NCBI GenBank assembly: GCA_054600435.1 | Contig: BAAIJX010000001.1 | Span: 992,001 to 1,056,000 of the forward strand | DNA length: 64,000 nucleotides | Source of the DNA: Neophaeotheca triangularis | Taxonomy: Eukaryota | Direction of reading: 5' to 3' | Part shown: positions 11,448 through 21,830 of the stretch, one piece after another | How positions within the stretch are numbered: position 1 is the stretch's first letter | Layout: every line of letters begins with the position of its first letter | The notes under the pieces: model-generated | Told to the model about the DNA's origin: nothing | Seen by the model: the letters and a program-made list of their open reading frames with translations, nothing else | The model's database searches: none | Translations under genes and position numbers: made by a program

Positions 11448-12509
11448 CTAAATGGTGGTAGCATACTGCGGCGCAAAGTTGGTCTGGCTCCAGCCGAAGT
11501 CGTTGAATCCGCCCATGCCCGTGTCGAAGCCGCAAGGTTGCGGTAGATGACTGGGCAAGCCTAGCGATATCGGTACCGGCGCCATGCATTCTGGCGAGCT
11601 GTAAAAATCGGCAGGTGCTGAGGTACCGAAGATCGGTTGGCTGTAAGACGGTGTTGGAGAGGGAAGCTGAAAGTTGTTGCTCATGTCTTGCCAGTAGTTA
11701 TTGGACTGGTTGTCACCGCTGCAGGAGGTCGAGCTCGGTGACGGCGTCGATGGCAGCACTCTCCAGGAGTCGACGGGAGCTGGATTAGGGGCTAAACATT
11801 GCGGCTGGCCCCACCAATTCCCAGCCATGTTTTGGCTGGGTAGAAGTGGTGCTGGGTGAATGACATCGACAATCCTGGGTGGTGGTGGCAGAAGGGGCAG
11901 GAACAGGTTCATGATTGCGCTCTTGACGTCTTCTGACCTGCCGTCCAAGAGCTCGCCAGCGCCATCCTCCTCGAGACCCTCAAGTGCGCGGATGCCGGTG
12001 CGGAAGACAAAGCGGTTCGCGGCTTGCACAAACTCATCCTGCATCTTCTTGACCTGCGCTTCCTTCTCGGGCCAGCTCCAAGTGTTGGCCGAAGCGTCGA
12101 CGGAGTAAATATCGCGGTGGTACTCGACGAGAGCCTCGATAGTATCTTTGGTCAGCTTGAAGGCAACCTCATGCTGAGATACCATGTCCACGTGCACAAC
12201 GTAAGCCTCGACATGGACAAGTTGGTAGTTGAATAGGGCTTCGACCAGAGGATCGTCGTCTTTGCGCAGCTCCGAGTCGGGTCCTTTCGGAAGCATGAGG
12301 GATGCGAGCGACCATATCGCTGCCTCACCACCGAGTGTCTCTGTTAGACATCTGAAGTGTTGCGGGACGCTGTTGAGCGGGCGCTTGATCTTATTGATGC
12401 GCTTCAGCGTCTGTGTTAGCCAAGGCTCGACCTTGTTGTTGAGGACGATGGTCGGTGCGGATCGAGGCGCAAAGGCCTGAGCGGAGGCGGGAAGAAGTTG
12501 CAGAGGCAT
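11448..12509 (-). CDS. Conserved fungal hypothetical protein, 353 aa, with a P/S-rich C-terminus
   Basis: Open frame with strong coding codon usage from ATG 12509 (MPLQLLPASAQAFAPRS...VEPWLTQTLKR...HVEAYVVHVDMV). The upstream extension to 12875 looks like pyrimidine-rich 5' UTR. Confidence 0.8.
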   Translation of the reverse strand: MPLQLLPASAQAFAPRSAPTIVLNNKVEPWLTQTLKRINKIKRPLNSVPQHFRCLTETLGGEAAIWSLASLMLPKGPDSELRKDDDPLVEALFNYQLVHVEAYVVHVDMVSQHEVAFKLTKDTIEALVEYHRDIYSVDASANTWSWPEKEAQVKKMQDEFVQAANRFVFRTGIRALEGLEEDGAGELLDGRSEDVKSAIMNLFLPLLPPPPRIVDVIHPAPLLPSQNMAGNWWGQPQCLAPNPAPVDSWRVLPSTPSPSSTSCSGDNQSNNYWQDMSNNFQLPSPTPSYSQPIFGTSAPADFYSSPECMAPVPISLGLPSHLPQPCGFDTGMGGFNDFGWSQTNFAPQYATTI

Positions 12510-14677
12510 GGCGGGAGGGCGATTAGGGATGTGTTTTTCCAGTACCAGACTGTTTGTTCGTGATGATGTAATGCGATTGATGTTCCACGGGACAGGACAG
12601 GACGGGCGTCTAAACGTTAGAAGAAAAAGACGAAAAATGGAACGAGGTCGTGTATTCTTGAGCAACGATTGGAAATTAGCAGCGCACCCTCGTAGGGAAG
12701 GAGTATGAAGAGCGGTAGGGGTGGAATGGCAGGTGGGCGAATGAGGAGTGGCGCTTTGGGTGAGGTTCGAGAAGAAGAGAGAGGTGGGGTGGAGGCCGCT
12801 TAAAGAGGGAGCCAGAAAATCCAGCGGCACTAGTAACTGCGCCTCTTTTGAGGCAAGCTGCAGTAGGGCATGCATAGTACTACTAATAAGTATCGTAGCT
12901 CGAAGACATGCGTCGCTAGCTTTGCCGTCCAGCTTCTATTCTGCTGCTCGACATGGTGCATATGCGAGCATGAACATGCAGTAAGCAGCAGTGTTGTTGT
13001 GTCTCGAGCTCTTTTCTCGGTGGGTCGCCAGTCCCATCTCGTTGCCTAAGTTTGTGCCATGAATAGTAAATAGTGAATAGTGAATACAAATGAATTGAAT
13101 GGCGTATGCCGAGTCCCCAACCCAAAGACTATGCCGCCGTCGTCCGTCGGTCAAACATTGCAATAGTATCGACGCCGACGCGAACCTATATTCTGTTAGA
13201 GATCGACATGCAAGTTTGCATGCGCGTGGGAGCAACATTCCCATGAGCCCAGCCCATAGGAAGCTCTGACGACAGACCTACGACAGCGAGATGAAACTTG
13301 CCTACAGCCGTCACAATTTCCTCATAGATAGGAGTTATGACTGAGGTGGTGTGTGTGATATACATACCTACACGGGCGAATGCGTCGGAGTCGGTCGAGG
13401 TAGCCTCGCCAGTAAGTTTTAGATCCAGCTGCCTGGCGCCGTGCCGGCGCATACGTGACCGATTTCCGGTGGTGTTTCCACAACGGGTATCTCAACATCC
13501 AGCGCGTCGGCGGCCACGGTAATATTAAGAATGAATCGTTCACGCTACGAGACTACCGATTGCTAGCCCGGGATGAGACTTTTGATGGCGCGCGCGGAAA
13601 GGAGAGGCAGCCTTCCGCGACCCCCGAGTCCAAGTCTTTTTCCGCGTTGTGGTGTTAAAGGGCAATGAATGGATGTCGTGCGTCGTGAGATGTGCGGGCA
13701 CTAGTCAAAAAGGCTTCTCATGTCAGCCAATGAGGCGGCAAGAAAGGACTTGGTCCCAGGACGGGTCGAGAAGCACAACAGTCAGCGAGCATGGAGCATG
13801 TGACGGTTGATGGCATCCAAGTCCTCGTACAAGTTGTACGAGCGCCTCCTGCTACATGCACACACACCGCATGACTACCTTCTTCCATTGCTTGCTCTTT
13901 GAGTCTTGTCTTCCAGAATAGAACAGATGACGAGCGATCGGGGGTTCCATGTCTCTGGTGGCGATGTCCTGACCTGAGTGTGGCAGTGAGAGCCCCTGTG
14001 CCGATCATCTCGGTCATGTCCTAGTGGCTGAAGGCTCGGATGCGTTGGCTATTTCCCGATCAGTCACGTGATCGGGCAGCTGTCTCCTCCACCGTCGGGT
14101 CTTCCGATGGCAACACGTGTGTTGTGCACACGTGCAGTGCCCTGTTCATCTTTCCGCAATCCGTGCCGGGCGTTAAGAGAACAGGCAATACTTCAATGTT
14201 CGCAGGCTGCCCCGGTGTAGGTAAGGTACCTACCTAGGTAGTCGTCGATATAAAGGTGGACCTGACACGTGCAGTTCCCGGTGAAAGCCCGGGATATATA
14301 ACTCGCCAAGGCTGAGGTATCCTGTCCGGCTCCCGGCTTCCCCCGTCGGCTTCCAGGTTCCATTTTCACCCCCGCCCTTTACCGTACCCTTCCAGCACAC
14401 CCACCACACCACACACCCTCTACAGCACATGGAATCGAGTGCGCTCACATGACCTTTTGCCCGACGATCCTGGCGCCCGGCTGCTAGGGCGATACCATAC
14501 ACTTTTCCTGGCTAGGCGGCGGATCCTGCTTCGACGACAATTTGCATGCACCGAAGCTCGAGAGTGTTTCATCTCTGCATGTCGGCCGCATATGCAGCAG
14601 TGACTCACCAAAGCGCATCTATAGCTGCTAGCCGGCAGTGACAGTTTCAGCTCGTGGATAAAGCTCGACTGGTTGAC

Positions 14678-15229
14678 ATGGCAGCCGGTGCTAGACGTCT
14701 GCCTGAGCTGTCAGGCGACCCGAAACTCTTCGCCGACTGTTGCGTTGGCATCTCGGAGCCAATGATCGAAACTCTAAGACGGACCTTGCCCGATCCTCCG
14801 GCATTGATCCTATCGATAGGCTGTGGTAGTGGTCTCCTGGAAGCCCTTTTAGTTGAACGAGGTGTCAACGTTTGCGGCGTAGAGGTGCCCTCGTGCGAAA
14901 ACAAGTATCTTGCCTTGGATCGCTTACTCCGAGTGCCGACTGCTCAGACTCTTCATCAAGATGCCATTCTTGCCTCTACTTTGTTGTTCGTCTATCCTCG
15001 ATCGCCAGAACTCGTCCGGAAGTATGCAGACCACTTCGCGGGCGGTGCTCTGGAAAGCGTGCTCTGGCTCGGTCACCAAATGGACAAGTCGGACTACCAG
15101 GAGCCGCTGAGATCCGCTTTTGATTCACTCACGGTACTAGACGCCCCCTCGATGTTTCCATATGAATGTCTCTTCAAGGCCAGTAAGCCTCGTGGCCAGA
15201 GTCGGCCAAGCGAGGGTATTGAACATTGA
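14678..15229 (+). CDS. Small class I SAM-dependent methyltransferase-like protein
   Basis: Motif I ILSIGCGSGLLE, followed by VCGVE (acidic end of strand beta-2) and LLFVYPR. Confidence 0.7.
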   Translation: MAAGARRLPELSGDPKLFADCCVGISEPMIETLRRTLPDPPALILSIGCGSGLLEALLVERGVNVCGVEVPSCENKYLALDRLLRVPTAQTLHQDAILASTLLFVYPRSPELVRKYADHFAGGALESVLWLGHQMDKSDYQEPLRSAFDSLTVLDAPSMFPYECLFKASKPRGQSRPSEGIEH

Positions 15230-15244
15230 ACATTGAACATTGAA
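15218..15244 (+). repeat. (ATTGAAC)x~4 short tandem repeat overlapping the methyltransferase stop codon
   Basis: attgaac attgaac attgaac attgaa read directly. Confidence 0.9.
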
Positions 15245-15467
15245 TTTTTGATGGCAATTTATCTCTCCAGCCGGTCACTGTGGTCAGCTTGCTTTGCGTG
15301 ACAACTAGGCCGACATCAACAACTCATCGTGACCACTCATAGCTTGGACGGTGACCGTCCTCTAGGTTAAGTATAAAGACCTTTGTATGCCAAGACTTCT
15401 GCATCTTTCAAACAACATCTATTCATCAATATTTTCTCTCTTTCCTCCCACACATTCCCAAACAACC

Positions 15468-17474
15468 ATGTCCACAAATTCACCAGAAGCATTCCACCCA
15501 CATGGCAACTTTGCCCCGCCTCCAATCACCAGTCAACACATCGATATCTGGGAGCATGCAGCTCTACTCTACTGCAATTTCGAATGGCTTGATGCTGCCA
15601 ATACGTTCGAATACCTTTCTCGAGTCATCCCGAGCCCTAGACACGCAATGGCATGTACACTAAACGTTGGCCTAATCCAAGCCCGTTTAGGGGAGCTCGA
15701 CTCGGCGCTGATCCGCTTCCAACAAACCCTGCACACTAACGCAGCCATGGCTGTAATATACTTTTTGATCGCTCTTACCGAAGCCGAACTGGGAAAGCTG
15801 CCACAAGCGGAAATAGCCTACCAGATTTGCCTCGGAGTCTTGAACGATGAAGGAAACAGCCACGTTGCCCTGGGTTTTGATTTTGAGATCACTACTGCGA
15901 AAATATCGAAGAATATCAGAGCAGGCCGCGAGAGTCTTTTCACTGACTTTCTCGCGCTTGAGCGGATTCCTGCCGAAATCATTTTCGAAGCGCCGGACAG
16001 GGAACCAGAGGACTCTGACGGCGATAGACTATGGTCGCCAGACGAGCTCCAAGAGGCAGTTCAACGAGAATTGAGGAAACCCCTATCCTCTCAAGATGCT
16101 CTGCATGTCTTTCAAGATCCACCACAGGAGCTTGTCAGGGAAGCACTCGAGGCTTTCGTGGGCATGCAAGGCGACCAGTCGTGTTCTACGAATACCACTG
16201 TGGTGCCTCGCAATCCCACCGCTCGCCCAGCAGCTCCCTTCAAGATCAGGAACAAATACATCGCAAAAGGGAATCAACAGGCCGATGCTTCATCTCACCC
16301 GCTCCCACTAAGCCAGGCCACACAGTCGAAGAAGACAAAACTCGAGCCTCGATCTGCACGAGTCGTCAATGAGTCCGTAGGCGAACTGGCGCGTTTCATC
16401 AACGTCACCTATCCCGGCATGAGCATGCGAACTGCACAGCTACTTCTCGAAAACGAGCCGTGGTGGGCCGTTCGCAGCTCCTCTACCAGACACGCGAGCA
16501 CACGGGTTCCATTGGCTGCTGCATTCGATTCAGATACTCTCGGCATAACACCCCGCGTGACACGTATCGAGCCGCCAAGGTTGCACAAACGACCAACATC
16601 CGCGCCTGCAAGTCGCCCACCTTCACCTATCCGTGGGCAAAGGGGTCAGCTGCCGCGAATTCAATCGAACCCTTTCTTGAGCGCATTGGATGGTACGGCA
16701 ATTTCGTGTCACTCATCGGAAAGCGGCAGCTCTGTTGGTGATGCTCAGTTGTTTCGGTTGATCGAGCCACAATCGGTGGCTTCACAGCACCAATCTGGGA
16801 TCAACGGCTCGCAACAAAGTAACCCTCCGAGTCCGCTAAGCAGTGAAGACGACAAGATCGTGAGGCTGACCGAGGAATTGCACTCTACGGTATTGGAAGG
16901 CAAGTGGTCTGTCTCAGAGGAGCACCTTGAATTCCTGCGAGCCGATACCTTTAGATCGCCCGGGCCTGCTGGAGACCGGCTCAGTGCGAGCTCAGTACCT
17001 TCATCTAGTGACCATTGTCAGCCAGATCAGAACCTCGATGGCCTCTTTTTCGATTCGGCCAAGTCATCACGATCGGCTTCAACAACGACCATGCTTGACG
17101 ATGCCTCCCTTCGTCCTCCGCCACTCAACCTTACACCAGCGATCCACCGTCAAGCAGCCCAGCAGCAGGTGAGTAATGCGGAGATCGCTCGGCCACCAGT
17201 GTCTCCTCACCACCACATACGCGAGAGGAAGCCGCTGCCTCCTGTCCCCACAACAGCTCCGACGAGGCCTTCGCCCCCTCAAGTTACCGCGCTCTCACAG
17301 TCGACGGGAGTCTTTGGTCAATTGTCGAGGACGAAGACTGCTCCGTCGTGGAGCAAGCAGCCTAGTCGGCTTGTCAAGCAGCCTTCGCCAAATGGGAGTC
17401 TGGCGTCACTTGATATTCTGGGCTTTGGGAAGAAGTGGAGGAAGATTCGGGACAAGCGGTCGTCGAAGGGCTGA
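15468..17474 (+). CDS. TPR protein resembling the N-terminus of NoxR/p67phox, with a long disordered S/P-rich tail
   Basis: IWEHAALLY..FEWLDA, LNVGLIQARLGELDSAL, MAVIYFLIALTEAELG, LGFDFEI and RIPAEIIFEAP parallel, in order, the fungal NoxR TPR region and activation segment. Confidence 0.65.
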   Translation: MSTNSPEAFHPHGNFAPPPITSQHIDIWEHAALLYCNFEWLDAANTFEYLSRVIPSPRHAMACTLNVGLIQARLGELDSALIRFQQTLHTNAAMAVIYFLIALTEAELGKLPQAEIAYQICLGVLNDEGNSHVALGFDFEITTAKISKNIRAGRESLFTDFLALERIPAEIIFEAPDREPEDSDGDRLWSPDELQEAVQRELRKPLSSQDALHVFQDPPQELVREALEAFVGMQGDQSCSTNTTVVPRNPTARPAAPFKIRNKYIAKGNQQADASSHPLPLSQATQSKKTKLEPRSARVVNESVGELARFINVTYPGMSMRTAQLLLENEPWWAVRSSSTRHASTRVPLAAAFDSDTLGITPRVTRIEPPRLHKRPTSAPASRPPSPIRGQRGQLPRIQSNPFLSALDGTAISCHSSESGSSVGDAQLFRLIEPQSVASQHQSGINGSQQSNPPSPLSSEDDKIVRLTEELHSTVLEGKWSVSEEHLEFLRADTFRSPGPAGDRLSASSVPSSSDHCQPDQNLDGLFFDSAKSSRSASTTTMLDDASLRPPPLNLTPAIHRQAAQQQVSNAEIARPPVSPHHHIRERKPLPPVPTTAPTRPSPPQVTALSQSTGVFGQLSRTKTAPSWSKQPSRLVKQPSPNGSLASLDILGFGKKWRKIRDKRSSKG

Positions 17475-18171
17475 GGGAATCTTGGCTAGCAAATCTTTGC
17501 GTGGTGTTGAGAGTCTTGATATGTTTGTTTAGCGAAGGCGGGCAGCCTGGGCGGTCCATCAAGCTACGCTGGGGTGGAACTCGGAGTGCTTTGGAGTTGA
17601 TTTGCTCCTAGACGTAGTTGTTCCCAATTACTACCTCACCCGGATGTGGAGGCTGGGTGGGCGGACTTGCTATTTCCCGAATCTCTACCTTACGGTTCAC
17701 ATTACGATGCATTGGTGATTCAAGAAGGCGTCTTCTGCTCTGATTGGTGTAATGTCGGTCCGTCTTCTTACACATCTCCACTCTCATTTCTCTGTTATAC
17801 CTTTTGTTCCCGGCGCTTCGTTTGCTTTTACGTTGCTTGACATTGGCCTGACGTCGCCAATGCAGCGCGGAGAGCAACGGCACCCCGCTTTTCCCTCCAG
17901 CTTCTCCACGCTGGAGATGCGCCGCGAAAGGGCCGTCCGATATTACCACCGTCCAATCCACCTTCGATGTCACTACTCGTCAAACAGCTGGTAAATGTTG
18001 CAGGCTCGGTCAATCGTGGCCTCTCGACGATCAGAATGTTGGTAGCCCAGAGACGAGGTAGGTCGGTCCGCCCGCCGTCCGTGGTTAGGGAAGGCAACAC
18101 CTTCAGGGGTATAAGAAGAAGCAAACTCCTGGCTCAGCATTGTCTGTTTTCAAGACCAAGGTACTCAAAAC

Positions 18172-21100
18172 ATGGTTTCTCCTGCCGCGCAACTTGCGCT
18201 TCTTGCGTCCGTTGTGCCCTTCGCAGCAGCTCAAGATGCCACGGGCACCGAGCGCATTCTTTCCACCCTGAGCCCACAGGTCAACGCGGCCCCGAGTCTC
18301 ACGCCAACAGTCAGAGACCCGACTGCTCCAGAACCCCAAGATTGCCCTGGTTACAAGGCTTCAAATGTGGCGGATACGGCCCAGGGGTTCACAGCAGACC
18401 TCACCATGGCAGGCGCCGCCTGCCAAGCGTTCGGAAACGACATTGCCGATTTGGTGCTCAATGTTGAGTACCAGACTCGAGACCGATTGAATGTCCAAAT
18501 CTACCCGAGAAATGTCGCCCCATCGAATTACACCCAGTTTATCCTAGACCATAGCCTTGTCTACGCACCGACCGCTGATGGGTGCACGACCGCGGCTGAG
18601 CACGATTTGACCTTTACGTGGGATAACGAACCGTCATTCCAGTTCAAGATCAATCGGGAAACGACTGGTGAAGAGCTATTCTCGACGTATGGCCATGTCA
18701 TCGTATTCGAGGATCAATTCCTCGAGATGAAAACTAACATGGTCGATGACTATAATGTCTACGGCTTGGCCGAGAACACCAGGGACTTCAGGCTTGGAAC
18801 GAACGCAACTCAGGCGCATTATGCCGTCGACGCTGGAAATACTATTGATGGAAACTCTTACGGCACCCATCCCTTTTTCCAGGAAACACGATATCATGAG
18901 GGAGCCAACACCACTGCACATGGTGTCTATGCTCGCAACGGTGAGCATTGGCTTTAAGCTCTAGACCTCTCCGTCGTTCGATGCTGACGATTTGATAGCT
19001 CATGGCCAAGAATGGCTGCTAAGGAACAAATCAATCACTTACCGGACGCTTGGCGGTAGCTTTGACATGTACTTCCTTAGTGGCCAGAAGGAAGATGGCA
19101 GCTCCAGCGCTCTTGAAACCATCAGGCAATACCAGACTGGTTGCATTGGAACTCCCGCTATGCAGATGTACTGGACTCTTGGCTATCACCAAGCCCGATG
19201 GGGCTACCAGAATATCAGCGTTCTTCAGGGCGTTGTGGATAGGCACCGGGAAGCTAAGATCCCTCTGGAATGCATCTGGTAAGACCTCATGACGGCAGAA
19301 CGGCCTCCTCCTTTCCGTATAAATACTAACAACTTATCGTCAGGAACGATCTCGATGTTTACTACCTCTATAGAAATTTCGACAATGACGAGGAGACTTA
19401 TCCTGCCGCGGCAATGCAGGAGTTCCTTGCGGCGCTGAAAGCAGGCGGGCAGTACTACGTGCCTATCGTCGATAGCAATATCTATGCGCCTAATCCTGCC
19501 AACGCTAGCGATGCATACGAAACCTTTCAACGAGGCGCTGAGCTTGAGGCATATATAAGAGATCCAACCACGGAGGACTTCTACTATGGTGCAGCTTGGC
19601 CAGGTACTGTTTCGTTAAGCCGGCGCGATCGGGACCAATGCTAATTACTCGATTCAGGTTTCAGTGTTTGGGGCGATTTCTTGCTTGAAACTGCGCAACA
19701 ATGGTGGACAGAGAGCCTTTTGACTTGGCATAAGGAAACCCCGTTCGACGGTGTCTGGATTGACCTTTCGGAAGCAGCGAGCTTTTGCTCAGGGTCATGC
19801 GGTAACGGCAGAATCGAAGAGAACCCTGTCCATCCCCCGTTCCTGCTCCCGGGCGACCCTCTCAACGAAGACTTCAGGTACCCCGAGGGCTTCAATGTTA
19901 CGAACGCCACGGAAGCCGCTGCTGCATCCAGCGGCGCTGCTTCGCAATCTGCCGCTTCCTCTGCTTCACCAATCTTACCAGAGCCTACGACATCCACACT
20001 GGGCCGTACCGAGCCGACCCCCGGGGTGCGCAACTTGAACTACCCTCCATACATGATTGATCATGTCCAAGACGGTCATGCCCTGGTCAAGAGTGCCATC
20101 GCCCCCAACGCCACGCACAATGACCAGTTCAATACCACCGAGTACGAGCTTCACAACCTGTATGGCCACCATATCAGCAATGCCACTTACCACGCTCTGC
20201 TCGACATCTTCCCCAACCGCAGGCCCTTCACTGTCGGACGAAGCACCTTCTCTGGATCGGGAAACTTCACGGCTCACTGGGGCGGGGATAACACCTCCAC
20301 ATGGGGTTCCATGTTCTTATCGATTGCTCAAGCACTCCAGTTCATGATGGCTGGTATTCCCATGTTCGGTGCGGATGTCTGTGGATTCGCTGGCAATACC
20401 GATTATCAGCTGTGCAGTCGCTGGGCTCAGCTCGGAGCGTAAGTGTCCATCACCCCAGTCCTGCGTCGACAAAGCTAACTTCCATGGACCCTCCAGCTTC
20501 ATGCCATTCTACCGAAACCACAACGTCAGAGACACCAGATCCCAAGAGTTTTACATCTGGAGCTCGACAGCTGAAGCTGCCAGACGTGCAATGCACGTAC
20601 GCTACAGCCTGATCGACTACATGTACACGCTCCTCTACTACGCCAACACCAAGGGCGAGACCGTCAACCGTGCCCTTGCTTGGGAGTTCCCTAACGATGC
20701 CTCTCTTGCTGGTACTTACAACCAATTCATGCTCGGCCCCAGCATCCTAGTCACGCCAGTGCTGCAGCCCAACGTGGACTACGTCAACGGCGTCTTTCCT
20801 GGCGTCGAGGACGGCGAGATCTGGTACGATTGGTACACTCTGCAGCCTATAGACGCTAAGCCTCAGGAAAACGTCACCCTGAGCGCGCCTCTGGAGCACA
20901 TCAACGTCCACGTACGGGGAGGCTCTGTGCTGCCGCTGCACGAGCCTGGCTACACTACTGGTGAGACGAGGGACAATCCTCACAGCCTGACCGTCGCTCT
21001 CGATCAAAACGGCGAGGCTAAGGGCACTTTGTACCTCGACGATGGTGTCAGCTTGGTGCAAGAGACTACGAAGATGGTAGAGGTAAGCCCCATCGTCCGC

Positions 21101-21391
21101 TCTGCTTGGATCAAAACCGTCGCTGACAAGTCCTAGTTCACTTACGCTGCCGACACGCTGTCAACGGCCATCAACGGAAATCACAAAGCGTCTGCGCCGC
21201 TTGCCAATGTGACGATTGCCGGCGCTCCATGTCTGCCTAAGCATGCTTCCTTGACCATTGCGGGCGAGCCTTGCGCTGTGAGCGAGCTCTCGCTCTCCTA
21301 CGCCGAGGGAGTGTTGTATGTAACAGGCCTGGAGGCCTTCACTGGGGATGGAGCCTTCGAGGGCGAGATGGAGATGAAGTTTGAATACTAG
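18172..21391 (+). CDS. Secreted glycoside hydrolase family 31 alpha-glucosidase
   Basis: Signal peptide; CPGYKASNV, YGTHPF, YRTLGGSFD, LGYHQARWGY, FDGVWIDLSE (nucleophile Asp), HWGGDN (acid/base Asp), PFYRNHN, GTLYLDDG. Five GT-AG introns start near 18941, 19279, 19604, 20439 and 21083. Confidence 0.95.
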
Positions 21392-21830
21392 TTTCTGTGA
21401 CGGAGATCTGTATGATTCACGCAGTTCTTCTCAATGTACTTTCTTTTAAATCTCATGTTCAGCTTCAACTCACCTTGACGCCTTCTGCTGTCGGCGATGC
21501 TAGTAACACCGTGGGAGACTGCAGCTCAAGCGAGTAAGCAGATGTCCACTATTGAGCCTAGCAAATCTCAGTAAGACACTCGGAAGTGCCATAACTACCT
21601 ACCAATTCTGGCTATCTGAGTTCTTGCGGTGTACTTTACACAAGATTGTTAGCTAATTGAGACCACGGATTCTGAGCAAGATACTTCGAGACTAAAAGGG
21701 TTAGCGTTTGAGTGTTTAAGACCACTTTCTTGATACAGTATAGTGCGAGCTGCCCGACATCCCCAATCTACATTGTTATGTACTTGTTCGCGCCCCGATA
21801 TCTCTCTTCATCAGGCCAATTCCAACGAAT

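Noticed and set aside
12510..12875. N-terminal extension of the 475-aa ORF
   Set aside because: Pyrimidine-rich, UTR-like sequence; coding character begins at ATG 12509.
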